Below are positions 1 to 12,600 of a stretch of 64,000 bases of DNA, in pieces. Numbering within the stretch: position 1 is the stretch's first letter; each line of letters opens with the position of its first letter. The position numbers were made by a program, and so were the translations under genes. Source of the stretch: a virus; the IMG/VR virus record IMGVR_UViG_3300045988_096839. One strand, given 5' to 3'. Below the pieces are notes generated by a model. It was not told the origin of the DNA and did no database searches. It saw only the letters and a list, made by a program, of their open reading frames with translations.

Positions 1-284
1 GTTTATATAAAATGGGTATACCTGCAATTTCTCCAGCATCAGAAAGTACATTTATTCCTAACATAGCTCTAGAAGAGCTTAAGAAGCGTTTTAAACGCAT
101 TATTATACTTTTTGATAGAGATAAAGCTGGTTGTAAATATCTTCGTAAAATAAGCCAAGAAACAGGCTTAGAACCGATGTTAATTCATAAGAAATTTAAA
201 GCAAAAGATATATCTGATGCTATTAAATTAAATGGATTTGAAACAATAAAAAATTGGATTAAAAAAGAAATACAAAAAATATGA
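1..284 (+). CDS. DNA primase, C-terminal Toprim-like part (5' end upstream of the window)
   Basis: The frame is open from the first bases of the window to TGA 282-284. IIILFDRDKAG is a hydrophobic strand followed by an acidic DxD, a Toprim-type motif. It heads a replication gene block. No in-frame TAG. Confidence 0.5.
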   Translation, partial: LYKMGIPAISPASESTFIPNIALEELKKRFKRIIILFDRDKAGCKYLRKISQETGLEPMLIHKKFKAKDISDAIKLNGFETIKNWIKKEIQKI

Positions 285-598
285 AAAATTTTAAATCATT
301 ATTAAAATCCTTTTTTCAGGTGTACTTGAAGTTTTTATTACGTTAATTAATATAATTATTATTATATATAAATTACCTATATTATTAATTTCTTACTTAA
401 AATTATTAATTAAAGGTGATTATAAAAATAGTGAATTTAAATTTAAATTAGATATGATTAAATTCATATTTAAACATTTAGATTCAGAAATAATTATATT
501 TACTTCTAGAAAAGTAAGAGCAAGAAGTTTTAAACTCAATACAGGTACTTATATTGATGAAGAAATTAAATTTGAAAAAGAAGAAATGTTAGGGAAAA

Positions 599-967
599 GT
601 GCGTAATGCACAACCTAATATATACGACGGAATTAAATTTCGTAGTAAGCTAGAAACTTATACTTATAAAAAACTAAAAGAAGCAAATATATTTGCTGAA
701 TATGAGTCAACTCATTTTGAGTTAATACCCAAATTTGAGTACCAAGGAGAAAAAGTAAGAGCAATGACGTACTTACCAGACTTCGTAGGTAAAGACTTTA
801 TAATTGAATGTAAAGGACTCATGGGAGATTCCTTTCCTTTAAGATGGAAAATCTTTAAATATACTTTAATGAAGAATAATTCTAATTATAAATTATATTT
901 AGTAAGGAATCAAAAGCAAGTTGATGCTTTAATTCAACAATTAAAACAAGAAGGTCATGGAAATTAA
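599..967 (+). CDS. PD-(D/E)XK nuclease, DUF1064 / resolvase-like
   Basis: Track ORF with a GTG start that overlaps the end of the upstream open frame. FRSKLE..YKKL ... FELIP ... YLPDF ... IIECKG reproduces the D-(x)n-E-x-K core and layout of DUF1064-type phage nucleases. Ends in TAA. An in-frame TAG lies 9 nt upstream of the GTG, so the start is uncertain. Confidence 0.6.
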   Translation: MRNAQPNIYDGIKFRSKLETYTYKKLKEANIFAEYESTHFELIPKFEYQGEKVRAMTYLPDFVGKDFIIECKGLMGDSFPLRWKIFKYTLMKNNSNYKLYLVRNQKQVDALIQQLKQEGHGN

Positions 968-1826
968 AAATGCAGAATTTATCAAAGTAGGTAACAATAT
1001 TCTTCCGAAACCCAAAGGTGCTGATTACGAACTTATTAACGGCGGCGTATACGATTTAAAATGGGATCGATTTGAAGGACGTGCTATCTTTACTGAAAAT
1101 GGTAAATTAAATTTACCTGATAAAGTATATGAGTTAGAAGAAGATACTACTTTCAAAACTCGTGTATTAAATAACTTTAACAAAAACGATAAAAGTGTCG
1201 GAATAATGTTAGCTGGTACAAAAGGTACTGGTAAAACAATGCTTGCTAAAGTTATTGCAAAGGAATCAAACCTTCCAATTATTATTGTTGATTCACAATA
1301 TCCAGCAAACCGATTAGTTACGTTCTTTAAACAATTCACTACTCCGGTATGTATCATTTTCGATGAAATTGAAAAGAATTTTGATACATCGTCAATGCTT
1401 GACTTTTTAGATGGTGTTGAAAAAACTACTAAAAAGTTAGTATTAATGACATGTAACAATTTAAATAGAGTATCTGAATATCTTCAGGATCGTTGTTCAC
1501 GCGTACGTTATATACGTAAGTATACACCTACAGACAATCTTGCTTTTCTTCCAATGTTAATCGAAGATAAACAAATTAAGAATGCTAAGGAAGTTGAAGA
1601 ATTTATTAAAACTAAATTCAAATTACCATCAATTGATAATATCAATGCATTTTTAAATGAGATAAAAGAATTAGAAGATGAAGACCTTAGTTTAGATGAT
1701 ATCATAAAATATATGAACATTAATTTAAACGATTCATCAACTCCGAATATTACTCCAGATACTGATTCTATATCTATAGCAATAGACGAAGACGACCTTG
1801 ATGACTTACTTATGGAGGCAGCGTAA
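957..1826 (+). CDS. AAA+ ATPase
   Basis: Walker A GTKGTGKT, Walker B CIIFDEIE, sensor-1-like MTCNN, and an Arg in RCSRVRY. Acidic C-terminal tail. Ends in TAA. Confidence 0.75.
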   Translation: MEIKNAEFIKVGNNILPKPKGADYELINGGVYDLKWDRFEGRAIFTENGKLNLPDKVYELEEDTTFKTRVLNNFNKNDKSVGIMLAGTKGTGKTMLAKVIAKESNLPIIIVDSQYPANRLVTFFKQFTTPVCIIFDEIEKNFDTSSMLDFLDGVEKTTKKLVLMTCNNLNRVSEYLQDRCSRVRYIRKYTPTDNLAFLPMLIEDKQIKNAKEVEEFIKTKFKLPSIDNINAFLNEIKELEDEDLSLDDIIKYMNINLNDSSTPNITPDTDSISIAIDEDDLDDLLMEAA

Positions 1827-2722
1827 TGAAAATTTGTGGAATAAGTGATATTCATGGTAATTTATTAGAAAACGTCCCTGAATGCGATGTATTATGCATC
1901 GCAGGGGACGTAATTACCTTAAATGCTCAAAGAAATTTTGATGCATCGGAATATTGGTGGAAAAACCGATTTATTCCATGGGTAATGCAATTACCATGTA
2001 AAAAAGTAATAATTGTTCCTGGAAATCATGATTTCTATCTTGAAAATCTATATACAACAAATAGATGGGAAGAATTTTGTGATTACATGGCAATAAATAC
2101 TGAAGGAAAATTATATTTCCTTATTGATCAATCATTTGAATACGAAGGAATAAAATTCTATGGTACTCCATGGATTAATCCTATCGATTTTCAAAGAAAC
2201 AAATGGGCTTTCGAAAATTATGATTTTAATGACGATAACCCATACTCAAAAATACCAGAATGCGATGTTCTTATTACTCATGATTCTCCGATTAAAAATG
2301 AATTGCTTAATATAGAAAGTTGGTATAAATGTAAATATCATTTCTATGGTCATTGGCACGACGGGGAAAGTAAACCAAGCGAAGGAAAATACAATTGTTC
2401 TAGATTGAACGATTACTATAGTTTCAAAAAGAATTTTGAATTTCCTACAATAGATATTGATACAACTATGGAAAAAACTAAATATGAATTATTACAAGAA
2501 TTTGTAAATGAAATAAAAGAAACAGCAAAAGATTTCTTTGTTACATTTGATTCAGTAACTGAAGAAGATTTAAAAGTATTCAACAGTAAAATTGATGAAA
2601 CATTTATTAAATTCTTGGATAATCCACAAGATAAAGAAGATGAAATTCTTTGGACTGAATCTTCAGTAATTACTGACATGGATGGAAATAATGAGGAGAG
2701 TATAGAAGATGAATACAAATAA
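1826..2722 (+). CDS. Calcineurin-like metallophosphoesterase
   Basis: The ordered motifs SDIHGN, AGDV, PGNHD, THDSP and GHWH are all present. Its ATG overlaps the upstream TAA. Confidence 0.8.
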   Translation: MKICGISDIHGNLLENVPECDVLCIAGDVITLNAQRNFDASEYWWKNRFIPWVMQLPCKKVIIVPGNHDFYLENLYTTNRWEEFCDYMAINTEGKLYFLIDQSFEYEGIKFYGTPWINPIDFQRNKWAFENYDFNDDNPYSKIPECDVLITHDSPIKNELLNIESWYKCKYHFYGHWHDGESKPSEGKYNCSRLNDYYSFKKNFEFPTIDIDTTMEKTKYELLQEFVNEIKETAKDFFVTFDSVTEEDLKVFNSKIDETFIKFLDNPQDKEDEILWTESSVITDMDGNNEESIEDEYK

Positions 2723-3713
2723 AATGGATATTTCAATTCCATATTACGAAGATAATTCGCGTATTTCTAACTCTGCCTTAGGTTGGTTTATTAAATATGG
2801 ACCACAATATCTTCGTAACATGTTAGATGGAAAAGAAGAAGGTTTAAAAGGTTCTTTCCTTGAAAAAGGTACTATGATTCATGAATATATTCTTCAACCA
2901 GATGAATTCTGGAAAGATTATATAATTCTTGATTTTGAAGTACCTAAAGTAAAACAACAAAAAGATTTATGTGAATGCTATGCACATTTAATCGAAGTAG
3001 AACCTTTAGAGTCTAAAGAAACTTTAGCTTTAAAAGCATATCGTCAATCTTATTCTAATAGTAAGAAAGATGATGTAGTAAAAGAAGAAGCTTTAAAAAT
3101 AATAGATACTTATTCTCAGTATATAGAATATTGTAAGAATAAGGATACTAAAAAGGTAATATCTTTTGCTGATTTAAATACGCTTAAAAAGATTAAAGAT
3201 AACATTAAAGAACACAAAAAGGCAAATGAATTATTATTCAATTTGCCTGACACATTTAAAGCGTATAACGAATTCCATATAAATTGGGAAGTACCGAAAT
3301 ACAATAACATAAAATGTAAATCTCTACTTGATAGAGTATGTTTTGACCACGTTAATAAGAAAATTATCTTAATTGACTTAAAAACAACACAAAATGTCTA
3401 TAATTTTGCACATTCTGTAGAAGAATATGATTATTTTAGACAAATTGCATTTTATGGACTTGCAATACAATGGTATATGCAAGAGGTTTTAAATCTTAAT
3501 TCTGAAGATTATGATTTTGAAGCCTATATTATTGCTATTGGAAAAGATAGTAATAATGAAATTAGAGTTTTTAATATGAATAAACAAGAGATATTGAGTC
3601 AAAAAGTAGACCTAATATCAGAAACTCTCAAAGAAATATCATATCATATCAATTCAGGAAATTGGACTCATACTCGTAATTATTATGAGAATGACGGAGT
3701 TGAAGAACTATGA
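2709..3713 (+). CDS. PD-(D/E)XK exonuclease (RecB/Cas4/YqaJ-like)
   Basis: GTMIHEYIL, then DRVCFD...IILIDLKTT (D ... D/E-x-K) and RQIAFYGLA (Q..Y). This is the typical phage recombination exonuclease layout. Confidence 0.65.
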   Translation: MNTNKMDISIPYYEDNSRISNSALGWFIKYGPQYLRNMLDGKEEGLKGSFLEKGTMIHEYILQPDEFWKDYIILDFEVPKVKQQKDLCECYAHLIEVEPLESKETLALKAYRQSYSNSKKDDVVKEEALKIIDTYSQYIEYCKNKDTKKVISFADLNTLKKIKDNIKEHKKANELLFNLPDTFKAYNEFHINWEVPKYNNIKCKSLLDRVCFDHVNKKIILIDLKTTQNVYNFAHSVEEYDYFRQIAFYGLAIQWYMQEVLNLNSEDYDFEAYIIAIGKDSNNEIRVFNMNKQEILSQKVDLISETLKEISYHINSGNWTHTRNYYENDGVEEL

Positions 3714-4228
3714 GAGATTATTTAAATAAAGCTTTACTTTTAATACCTCTTATTGCAAAAGAAAACGAAACAATGCAAAAATGGATAACACCAGGATTCA
3801 TTGGAGCATACTATAAAGACACAAATAAACCTCAATGGGAAGAAAAAATCATAATGGTATTCAATATTAGAGAAATGAACATACGTCCAATATTAAATTG
3901 GAATAATTCAGAATACCGTTATGAAACTTATTCAGAAGAACACAATGGTAAGATATACAATATTTTTGCATATCAAATACCACCAAAATATAAAAAAGAT
4001 TTCAACTTAATAACAAGTGGAAATTATTCAAAAGTATCTTTACAAGTAAAATCGTTAATAACGAATTTTTATTTCAAATCGAAAAAAGGAAAAACAAATC
4101 CTTTATACGAAATGGTAGAAAAGATACTTTATCCGCCAATAACGGAAACTTTAACGAAGAAACGGGAATATACTGGCGCTTTCGGGGGGAAGCAGATATT
4201 AAATATCAACCAGGTCCCGTTGAGTTAA
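3710..4228 (+). CDS. hypothetical protein (last early gene)
   Basis: 172-aa track ORF with an ATGA overlap with the upstream gene. Ends in TAA just before the terminator. I recognised no motif. Confidence 0.5.
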   Translation: MRDYLNKALLLIPLIAKENETMQKWITPGFIGAYYKDTNKPQWEEKIIMVFNIREMNIRPILNWNNSEYRYETYSEEHNGKIYNIFAYQIPPKYKKDFNLITSGNYSKVSLQVKSLITNFYFKSKKGKTNPLYEMVEKILYPPITETLTKKREYTGAFGGKQILNINQVPLS

Positions 4229-4230
4229 TA

Positions 4231-4268
4231 AAAAAGGGTGTGATTTATTCACACCCTTTATTTTTTTC
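4231..4268. terminator. bidirectional rho-independent terminator between the convergent early and late blocks
   Basis: 10-bp stem AAGGGTGTGA / TCACACCCTT with loop TTTAT (4234-4258). It is flanked by an A-run on one side and a T-run on the other, so both transcripts end in a U-tract. Confidence 0.75.
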
Positions 4269-4308
4269 CAAAATAAACAAACTGATTAACCATCTATGAG
4301 TTCGATCA

Positions 4309-7300
4309 TTAATTCTTTTTAGCCAAAAAGTCGAACTCATATTGAATATTCTCTAAACGACTAAGCTGTCTATAGATAGGAATCATTTGTCCAATAGAAT
4401 ATAACAATTTATTTTCCCCATCATTTTTACCAGTAGTATATACATCTGTAGGATGCCATAATCGGTCATACAATCGACCTAAATTATCCACAGCAGACAT
4501 AACTGGAAACGGATTCTGAATAATCTGTGTAAATGACCAAGGATTAAAATAAAATGAAAAATCGGTATAAACACGATATAATTGATAAGCTATGTTCATA
4601 TAAACAATATCAATACCTTCATCGTCATCACCTTCAGCCAATCCTCTAAATACATTAGATAATACATAAGCTGATATAACAAGTATCAATTCTGTAATTG
4701 ATTTTTTCAAATTATTTTTTTCATCGGTTGTTAACTAATTCCATCTTAAAGCAGTACGTTTATCTCTATCCAATTGTTTACCTAAAGCAATTTTGATATT
4801 ATCAATAGCAGGATTATAAAACATTTCTTTACTTATTCTAAGTAATGTACTGTGATATCCTTCAATCCATTCACCACGAATATTATCGTAATATCGTTTG
4901 CTAAAACGTCTTTGGAATGAAGTATAAATCCATTTACGGAACATAAGTAATAATTTACCCCATATGTACTATTGTATAGCAACAGCCCATCTACTATTAT
5001 AGTTACCGTGCATACCCATTAAAGTAGATCTTACTCCCATACTGAACTCATTCATTCTTTTTTCATCAAAATTGGCTACTTTATCGTCTACAACTAATTC
5101 TCCGTTTTTATTAAAACTAAGATAATCAATCATACTACCTAACTCATTACCATTTTTATCTATAGCTTTTAATTTGTATAAAGCTGCTAATAAAAATCTT
5201 GTTTGAGTTAATCTTTCACCAATATTAGTAGTCCAGTAAGCAGCATCTGTAGTAAATAGTCTTTGTACTCCTTTTGCTCTTAAATTAGGATCTCCTGCTT
5301 CATAAATACCAAACCAATCCACTAATTGATTTACAAAATCTTCTGGTACTCTTCTACCAATATCAGCTAACATACTACCTGATATAAGATGTTGCCCAAA
5401 CAATTTACTAGCTTTTAACATCGATTTATGGTCTATCCAACGACTACCAAAAGCTTCAACAAACTGATTTAATTCTGCAACAGTTAAGTTATTAATCATA
5501 CTGATGTAGTTGACACCCATAACACGCATAGAATAATATTTCATTATTGTTTTGGCAAGTTTATCTACAGATATGTTACCAATTTCGGTATTAGTACGAA
5601 TTTGATTACCGTAGAACACCTGATCCAACCATGAAGCAAATAATTTATATGTGTTTTCAGATTTGGTAACAGCTTTTTCTTGTTTACCTTGTAATTTACT
5701 TAGGATTGAAACATTTTGTGTTTCAGTAGATCTATTCTTCAATATTTCTGCTGTCATTAACATAAAATCTTCAATCTAAAGTTTTGCTTGATGCTCTAAT
5801 GCGCTGTGTAACCATCTTGCATAAATAGTAGGTAAATCAAATGATTGTAAATCCAAATTCAATCTTTGATTATAAAACAAAGGAATTTGATTTACTACGT
5901 TACCATTCATATCGGTAAATACTTGTCCAGTCATAGCATCATCTTCTACTAGCATAGAAGCTTCTTTTGCATACTGAACAACTCCGTCTTTAACACCTTT
6001 TACACCATCTTCTGATACTCTTTCTACAAATTCTTTACGTATACCAGGTAATCGATAATTCAATTGTAATCTTGAAGATACACCTTTATCACCAATATCA
6101 TTAAGTTGTTTAAACATCTCCCATAATCGATATTTTACATCATTACTTTGTTTTAATTTCTATAAATTATCATATTTCTTATTAGGATATTTTGAACTGT
6201 TTATAACACGATATTGTTCTAACAAATCATCATATGCTTCATTTATACGATCGAACTGTTCCAGACTAATGATATTTTTATCTCTAAAATATTTCCAAGA
6301 TTTCTTATCTTTACCTTCTGCTCTTATATTCTTTAGTATTTTATTTTTATCACTGTCTTTTAAGTCTGATACTATTTCTTTAACAGCTTGTTCAAATTCA
6401 AACAACAATCCTTCTTTATCAATAATTGGCGCATTTTCGTCATACCATTTTTCAATGGCTTCTTGTCTCTACTAAAAAGTAAGTGAATGGTCGTTGTTTA
6501 ATTCCGTGAACATTTTTCTTCGAGCTACTACAAAAGAGTTAGGCACCTCATTAACAAGATATGCTTGACCATCTACGATTTCGATCATATCGTCGTATAA
6601 CTTTCTATGATCTGACCAGTTACCACCTTTATATTTTTTCTCATATTCGTCAGTCAATTTTATCATTTGACGAACTAATACTTGATATTTATGATCAGCC
6701 TGTTGTGTTTTCTCATCAAATATTTTTACGGCTGCTTGAACAAATGGATCTCTTGCTTGAAAAACATTACCAATATTTGCAGCAATTGTACTACATTCAA
6801 ATATATCATCGGCAACTCGTTTCTGACGATTCAACCACGTTGCAGTCTCCTCATCAATTTTATCACGTATTTCTTCTATTTTATTATCGACCCATTTTTT
6901 CATATCTTTTTCATCTACTCGACGATTATTTTCTTTATATTGCCTTTCGAACTCTAATCGATAATTTGCTTCTATGTTTTTAACATAAGGTGTTACTGCG
7001 TCCATATATAATCTTGAACCAATATCCTTATACGATGATATTATAGATCTTTGTAAAGTAGTTACCTCTTTGATAGAATCTGTTAATGTTTCGTATTCTT
7101 CTTCTGTAAAGAATGATTTAAATCTCTAAACGAAACCAGCAATATCATCAACCATATTAAACGATAAAGCCAAATCTCGATAGTTTCTAAGATATACCAA
7201 ATCCCATGTTACTGGTTCAGCATTTCTTTTACTTTCTTGAGTGTATTTTCTATCTATTTGTTTATATACTCTAGATAATTGGTCTATAGCAGTAATTAGA

Positions 7301-9687
7301 TACTGCATCATAGCTTGAGCTTCAGATGCATTACCTATCTAATCTATTTGATATTCTATAGTTTTAGCCTAACTACGTCTACCAGCTCTTCTTTCAATCT
7401 GAGCTTTATTCTACAAAGATTTAAGAATATCACTTATTATTTCTCTAGCAATATTCATTCTACTTTGCGCATATTCTTGGTTAAGTTTATCATCTTGTTC
7501 TCCAAAAACTTTAGTCTTTATATCATATTCCACTGCTTTTTGTCTTTGGATATGAAATACTCCTAATTTTGGATCAACTTCAAAACTACCCATCTTCTTA
7601 CTAAAGAAAGCCTATTCTACAGTTTGTGTTTTACTATTATATTTATATACTATAGGAATAATACCTCTTTCATCAATTTGAACACCATAACTATTCAGTA
7701 TATGTTCATATGCACCTAACTGAAAATCATAAGCGTTTGTAGCAGTTTTAGCACCATTCTTTGACTTATTTACATAAGAGAATCCCCATAAACGTTTACC
7801 ATCTTTATTTTCAGTCTTACCGTCAAGTTCTATACATTTTGTTTTATAGTCAAATATTGCAAATTTACCAGTTTTTTTATTCTTTAATAGTAAGTCAGTA
7901 GTACCAGCTACACCTTTTTCAAAATCAGCAAGTATTGCTTCTGTTGCTACTAATTCGTAATTTTCTGATATATTCTTATATATTTGCTCTAACTATTGTA
8001 ATGCTTTAGAACTCAAAGCTGCTTGTCTTAATTTTCCAGTAGAAACATTTATAATAGATTTCATAAACGCTTCACGACGATAGGAGCCATTGAACATGCT
8101 TTCCAATACAGCATGAATAGTTGTACCTATTATTCTAGAATCATCATTATACGATCTTTGATTTTCACTAATATCTGAATCATCGTATACCGAATATAAA
8201 AGATTCTACTTAAATGTTGATACAGCTGTAAGTGGCTATCCATTGTACATATAAGTATGAGTATCGTCATCGAACTGTATCTTATTCGCTATTTCTTGTA
8301 GTATTGCTCTTACTTTATTTATGTCTTTTACTCTGTCAGAAGCCTTCTAAAAGTAAATCTGCCCTTCTTTTACAATTTGTTGAAAAATGCCTGATTTTTT
8401 AGCTAAATCTTTTCTTTGTAAAAAAGAATTAGTCAACTACATCTACAATGCTAACTTCATTATAGGTTGACCATTAACTACTGCTTTTATATATTGCCAT
8501 AATTTTTTCCAAAAACCGTAAGCGTCACCTTTTTGTTTAACAACCTACTCACCAATAGCTTGTACTAATGCTTCTTCACTATCATACTTTTGTATAGCTT
8601 TTTGTACTATAGGCGTTTCTCTAAACATTTCGATGTATCTGTGAGCATATTCGTGTGGAAGAGTATCCGCTTGATAGTTATCAGATAACATTATAGTAAT
8701 TGCTTCCAAATCAGTAGTATCTATTCTACCGTATTCACCTTCTGGTAAATTCTGATGCCATAATACAGTTATTTCTGGAAATAATCTTGCCAAAGTATCA
8801 GCAATATGTTTAAACGTTCTATCTGTTATAGCATCTCTTGGAATATATGTTTTATTTTCTTTTGTTTGATGATAAACTTTTTTATTAGAATCTGGTATAA
8901 TATTACTATATTCGATCAACGGCTCTCCGTTTTCATCAACGGTTTTGGATATATTACTGTTTTTCTACCATATAGGAATATTGATTTTATCACCAGATTT
9001 TTTCTTAGATACTTGTCTTTCACCAACTTTAGAAAACTATTCAAATTTACCAAACTTATTTAAAGCGTATATACCATCTTCTGATAATTCTCCCCAAGTA
9101 GAGACCATAGAACCTCCAGGAATAAGATTTATTAACTATTTCCAAAGTATTTTACGTTCTTCGTAAGTAGAAGGTATTGAAGTTTCCCCTCTAGATGTGG
9201 TTAAACTTCCAGTTTTTTCAGTAGATGTTTTAAAATGAACAGAATAAAAATTATCTTCGTTGTCTTTAACCAATTCAAAATAACCTTTTTCATGTTGATC
9301 TTTTAGATAAATTTTAACGGCTCTATTTACTTTATTCGGATCATTTTTCCAAGGTTTTGGATATTCTTCAATATCAACTAAATTGTAATCAACTTTATTT
9401 TTATTAAATATATCATTAGACACATTCAACCAATCACCAAACCAATTTCTAAACTCGTCTGTAAACGTTTTAGCTTTAGCCCGAATAGCTAATACTCTAT
9501 CACCGTTAAAATGGTTTAGAAGGTCTGAAAACAGCTTAGAAGGCTATCCATTGGGTGCAAATTCCAGACCATAACCATTATTTTCTGACAGAACATAGTA
9601 GGCAGCGCTTTCGCTGCCCAATATGTCTGTATATTCATCCAGTTGTTTTTTAACTTCTGGATTTTTTCTTAATAAACATGTTGCCAT
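4309..9687 (-). CDS. giant virion/cargo-type protein (1,792 aa) with zincin-like and PD-(D/E)XK nuclease-like modules; TAG read as sense
   Basis: Track ORFs 4309..4710 through 9136..9429 all share one frame. I hand-translated every gap and found 22 in-frame TAG and no TAA/TGA. ATG 9685-9687 lies 2 nt after the TAA of the upstream gene. It ends in TAA 4309 before the terminator. HEYAH is at 8641-8655. The nuclease motif set is IHAVLE / GTTDLLL / IFDYKTK / FQLGAY, at about 7700-8120. Confidence 0.75.
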
Positions 9688-9689
9688 AA

Positions 9690-12600
9690 TTATTTACACT
9701 CCTTTTCTCTTTTCTTACCATTTTCAGTAAGGTTCTTCTAATCAGTTTCAGTAATAATATTAGATGTTTTATTATTGGTAGTTTTATTATCTGCTGTTTG
9801 CATATCATCGTTGTTTGCAGTAATTAATAATACCTATGCACTAAACGGAGAATTACCATTTTCATCATTGTATTTTGTATCCATTGGACTTACAAATCCT
9901 GCAGGTTTTGCACTTTCTAAGAACTGAACATTTTTTGGGAACGCGTCTATAATTTTCTGCATTTGTTCTTTAGATGCACTACCGATTACTGCTACTTTAG
10001 CTTTAGGATAATTCAACTTACCTTTAATAGAATTAAAATGTATGAATTGTTTATCTTTAAATTCGCTATACTTAACCATATTAGAAGCTTCTCTAGACGC
10101 ATTACCATCATCTACATAAACAACAATATCAGCAGCATCTATTGTAGCTAAATCAGCTTTACCGTTTCCTAATTTACTTAATAATTGAGAGAAATCCATA
10201 GAATCAGTAACAGGTATAGCTTTGTTTACTAATGTTTCATACTTCTTGTTTTCTTTCAAAGTAAGATCGATATCTTGTGAATTACTAAAGTGATCTTCAG
10301 ATTCGTATAACAATGATTTTACTTTACCATCTTGTACATAACCATCTGATCTTACTGCATAAGCTTGGAATTTAAAATTACGATAACCTAATCTTCCTAT
10401 TTTGTAATATACTGGATTAACATAAGTATTACCATCAGCAGATTTAGATGTTATCATATCTCCAATCTTATACAAATCATATAAACCAAGTTTGTTTTTA
10501 ACTTTAACGTATTTTGCGTATAAACCAGTGCTAAAACTTACTAATTTATTAGAACCTTTCTTAATAATAAGAATATTATTATCTCCACTTACAGGGAAAG
10601 ATCTATTATATATCTTACTATTAGAAATATCTTTAGCAAAATCATCATCGAATTGAGCCATCATTAACTCAGCAACTTCGATTATGTCATCGTTAACAAC
10701 ACTATCTGGTTTAGATAAGTTATTCATAAGATTTTCAACATAGTTGTTGTACGTTACTCCATTTACTTCCAAATTAGCTAACAACCTAGGTGGAACCAAA
10801 TCAAATATACTTGTTTTAGTTAAACCTGATGCATTAGTATCTGTACCACCAGTTATAAAGAACATGTAAACTGCCAAATCTTTAGCGTATTGTTGCAATT
10901 TAGCATCATCACTCTCATACAACTCTTGCCAAGCTTGAGTTATGTTTGCTTTGATATCAGTATCATCGCTAACTGCGCTATTAACATTAAAGAACTTAGG
11001 CGACCCAGTAGTTGTTCTAGCTGGTTTCAACATATCAAACAGAATTTTACCTGTATTAGTATATTCAGCTAATTGTTTCATTTCGTTGAATCTATCAACT
11101 ACTGTGTTATCTCCAGCAAGAAATTCTTTTAACGGTAATTGACTATTACTAAATTGTTTAGCAATATAAGCATTAAAGAATGTACTCAGTAAAGCAGTTC
11201 TTAATCTTTGACTAAAGCGTTTAACTTGCATTTTACCGTATGCTCCATAAATACCATATCGTTTAGATATTTTATCTATAGTATTCACATAACCTGGTGA
11301 GAATTCAAGTAATACTTTACTAAATATATTAAACAACGCTTTTACACCGAAATCGTATTTCTCACCTAAGAATGTTTTATCAAACAAATCTTGAGGATTA
11401 CTGAATGTAGTATTATATTCAGAAGAGAATTGTTCGTGAGATTGCATAAACTTAATGATATCATTTGCACTAATACCGTATTTACCAGTATCAATCTGTG
11501 CAGCATTTACCATTGTTCTATAATCACCAGACATTCTCTTAAGATACAAGAACGTATTCAAATATCTAATTTGTTGTTTATACCATTCTTCAGAGTCTGT
11601 TTTCTTGATATTGTTTCTAAGATTCTAAGCGCTCATTTCTTCTGGAGTAGCCTTATCGTTAGGATCATATACATAATCGTCTGGTAATTTATCCACGTAA
11701 TTCTTTATAATTTCCTGTAAATAATTTTCACCAGAAGCTCGTTCAGCATCAACACCTACTTGACCTTTCTTAAGATCTACATAGTTGTCTGCAACTTCAC
11801 AAATTATAGGTTGTCCTAACAAGTAATAAGTATCGTTACCCATACCGCAAGATATTAACATTGATACGATATCAAACGTAAAGTCATTTACATTCATTCG
11901 ACCAATATAGTTATCCTTAACGGCATCCACGAACGCATTAATCAATGCAGATGTACTATCTACAATACTTTCACCATTTCTATCAAATATTCTAGGAATA
12001 CCATTATCTTCCAAAGACAATCCTAAACTATTCAGATAATCGTTATCTTGTAATTTTATAGATGCCATCTGTATAAACGCTCTAACAACGTTATTCAACG
12101 CCATAGGACCGATACCAGCACTAGAACCTGCATTTTTAGTACGTTGCTCTATCTAGAATACAGGATTTAAGAACCATCCACCTTTTTTAGTTCTAGGATC
12201 TTTTGATACACCTTTCAAGTTGTCTATATCGTCTTTGATTGCTCTCAACGGGTCTGTTGTAACATCCAAAGGAGTAACAGTATCAACTCTATGATGTTCA
12301 TTGGTAAGTATTAAGAAATATATATCAAGTAGCACGTTCTGTAACTATTCGATTGACACAGAATCATCATTTAAATGATTTAACAAATTATTCAAATTAT
12401 AATCTATTTTCTGTGCTTTACCATCTTTTATTTTAACATTTGGTCTAGACAAGAACATCTTATCGATATCGAAGTCAGAACCAGTTAATGCAGTAATATC
12501 TGATGGGAACATTATAATATCACCTCTTTGTGGTTCAAATACGTCTACTACCTTAATAGGAATAGTTGAGTTCTGACCCTGAGTAGGTACACGATATGAT

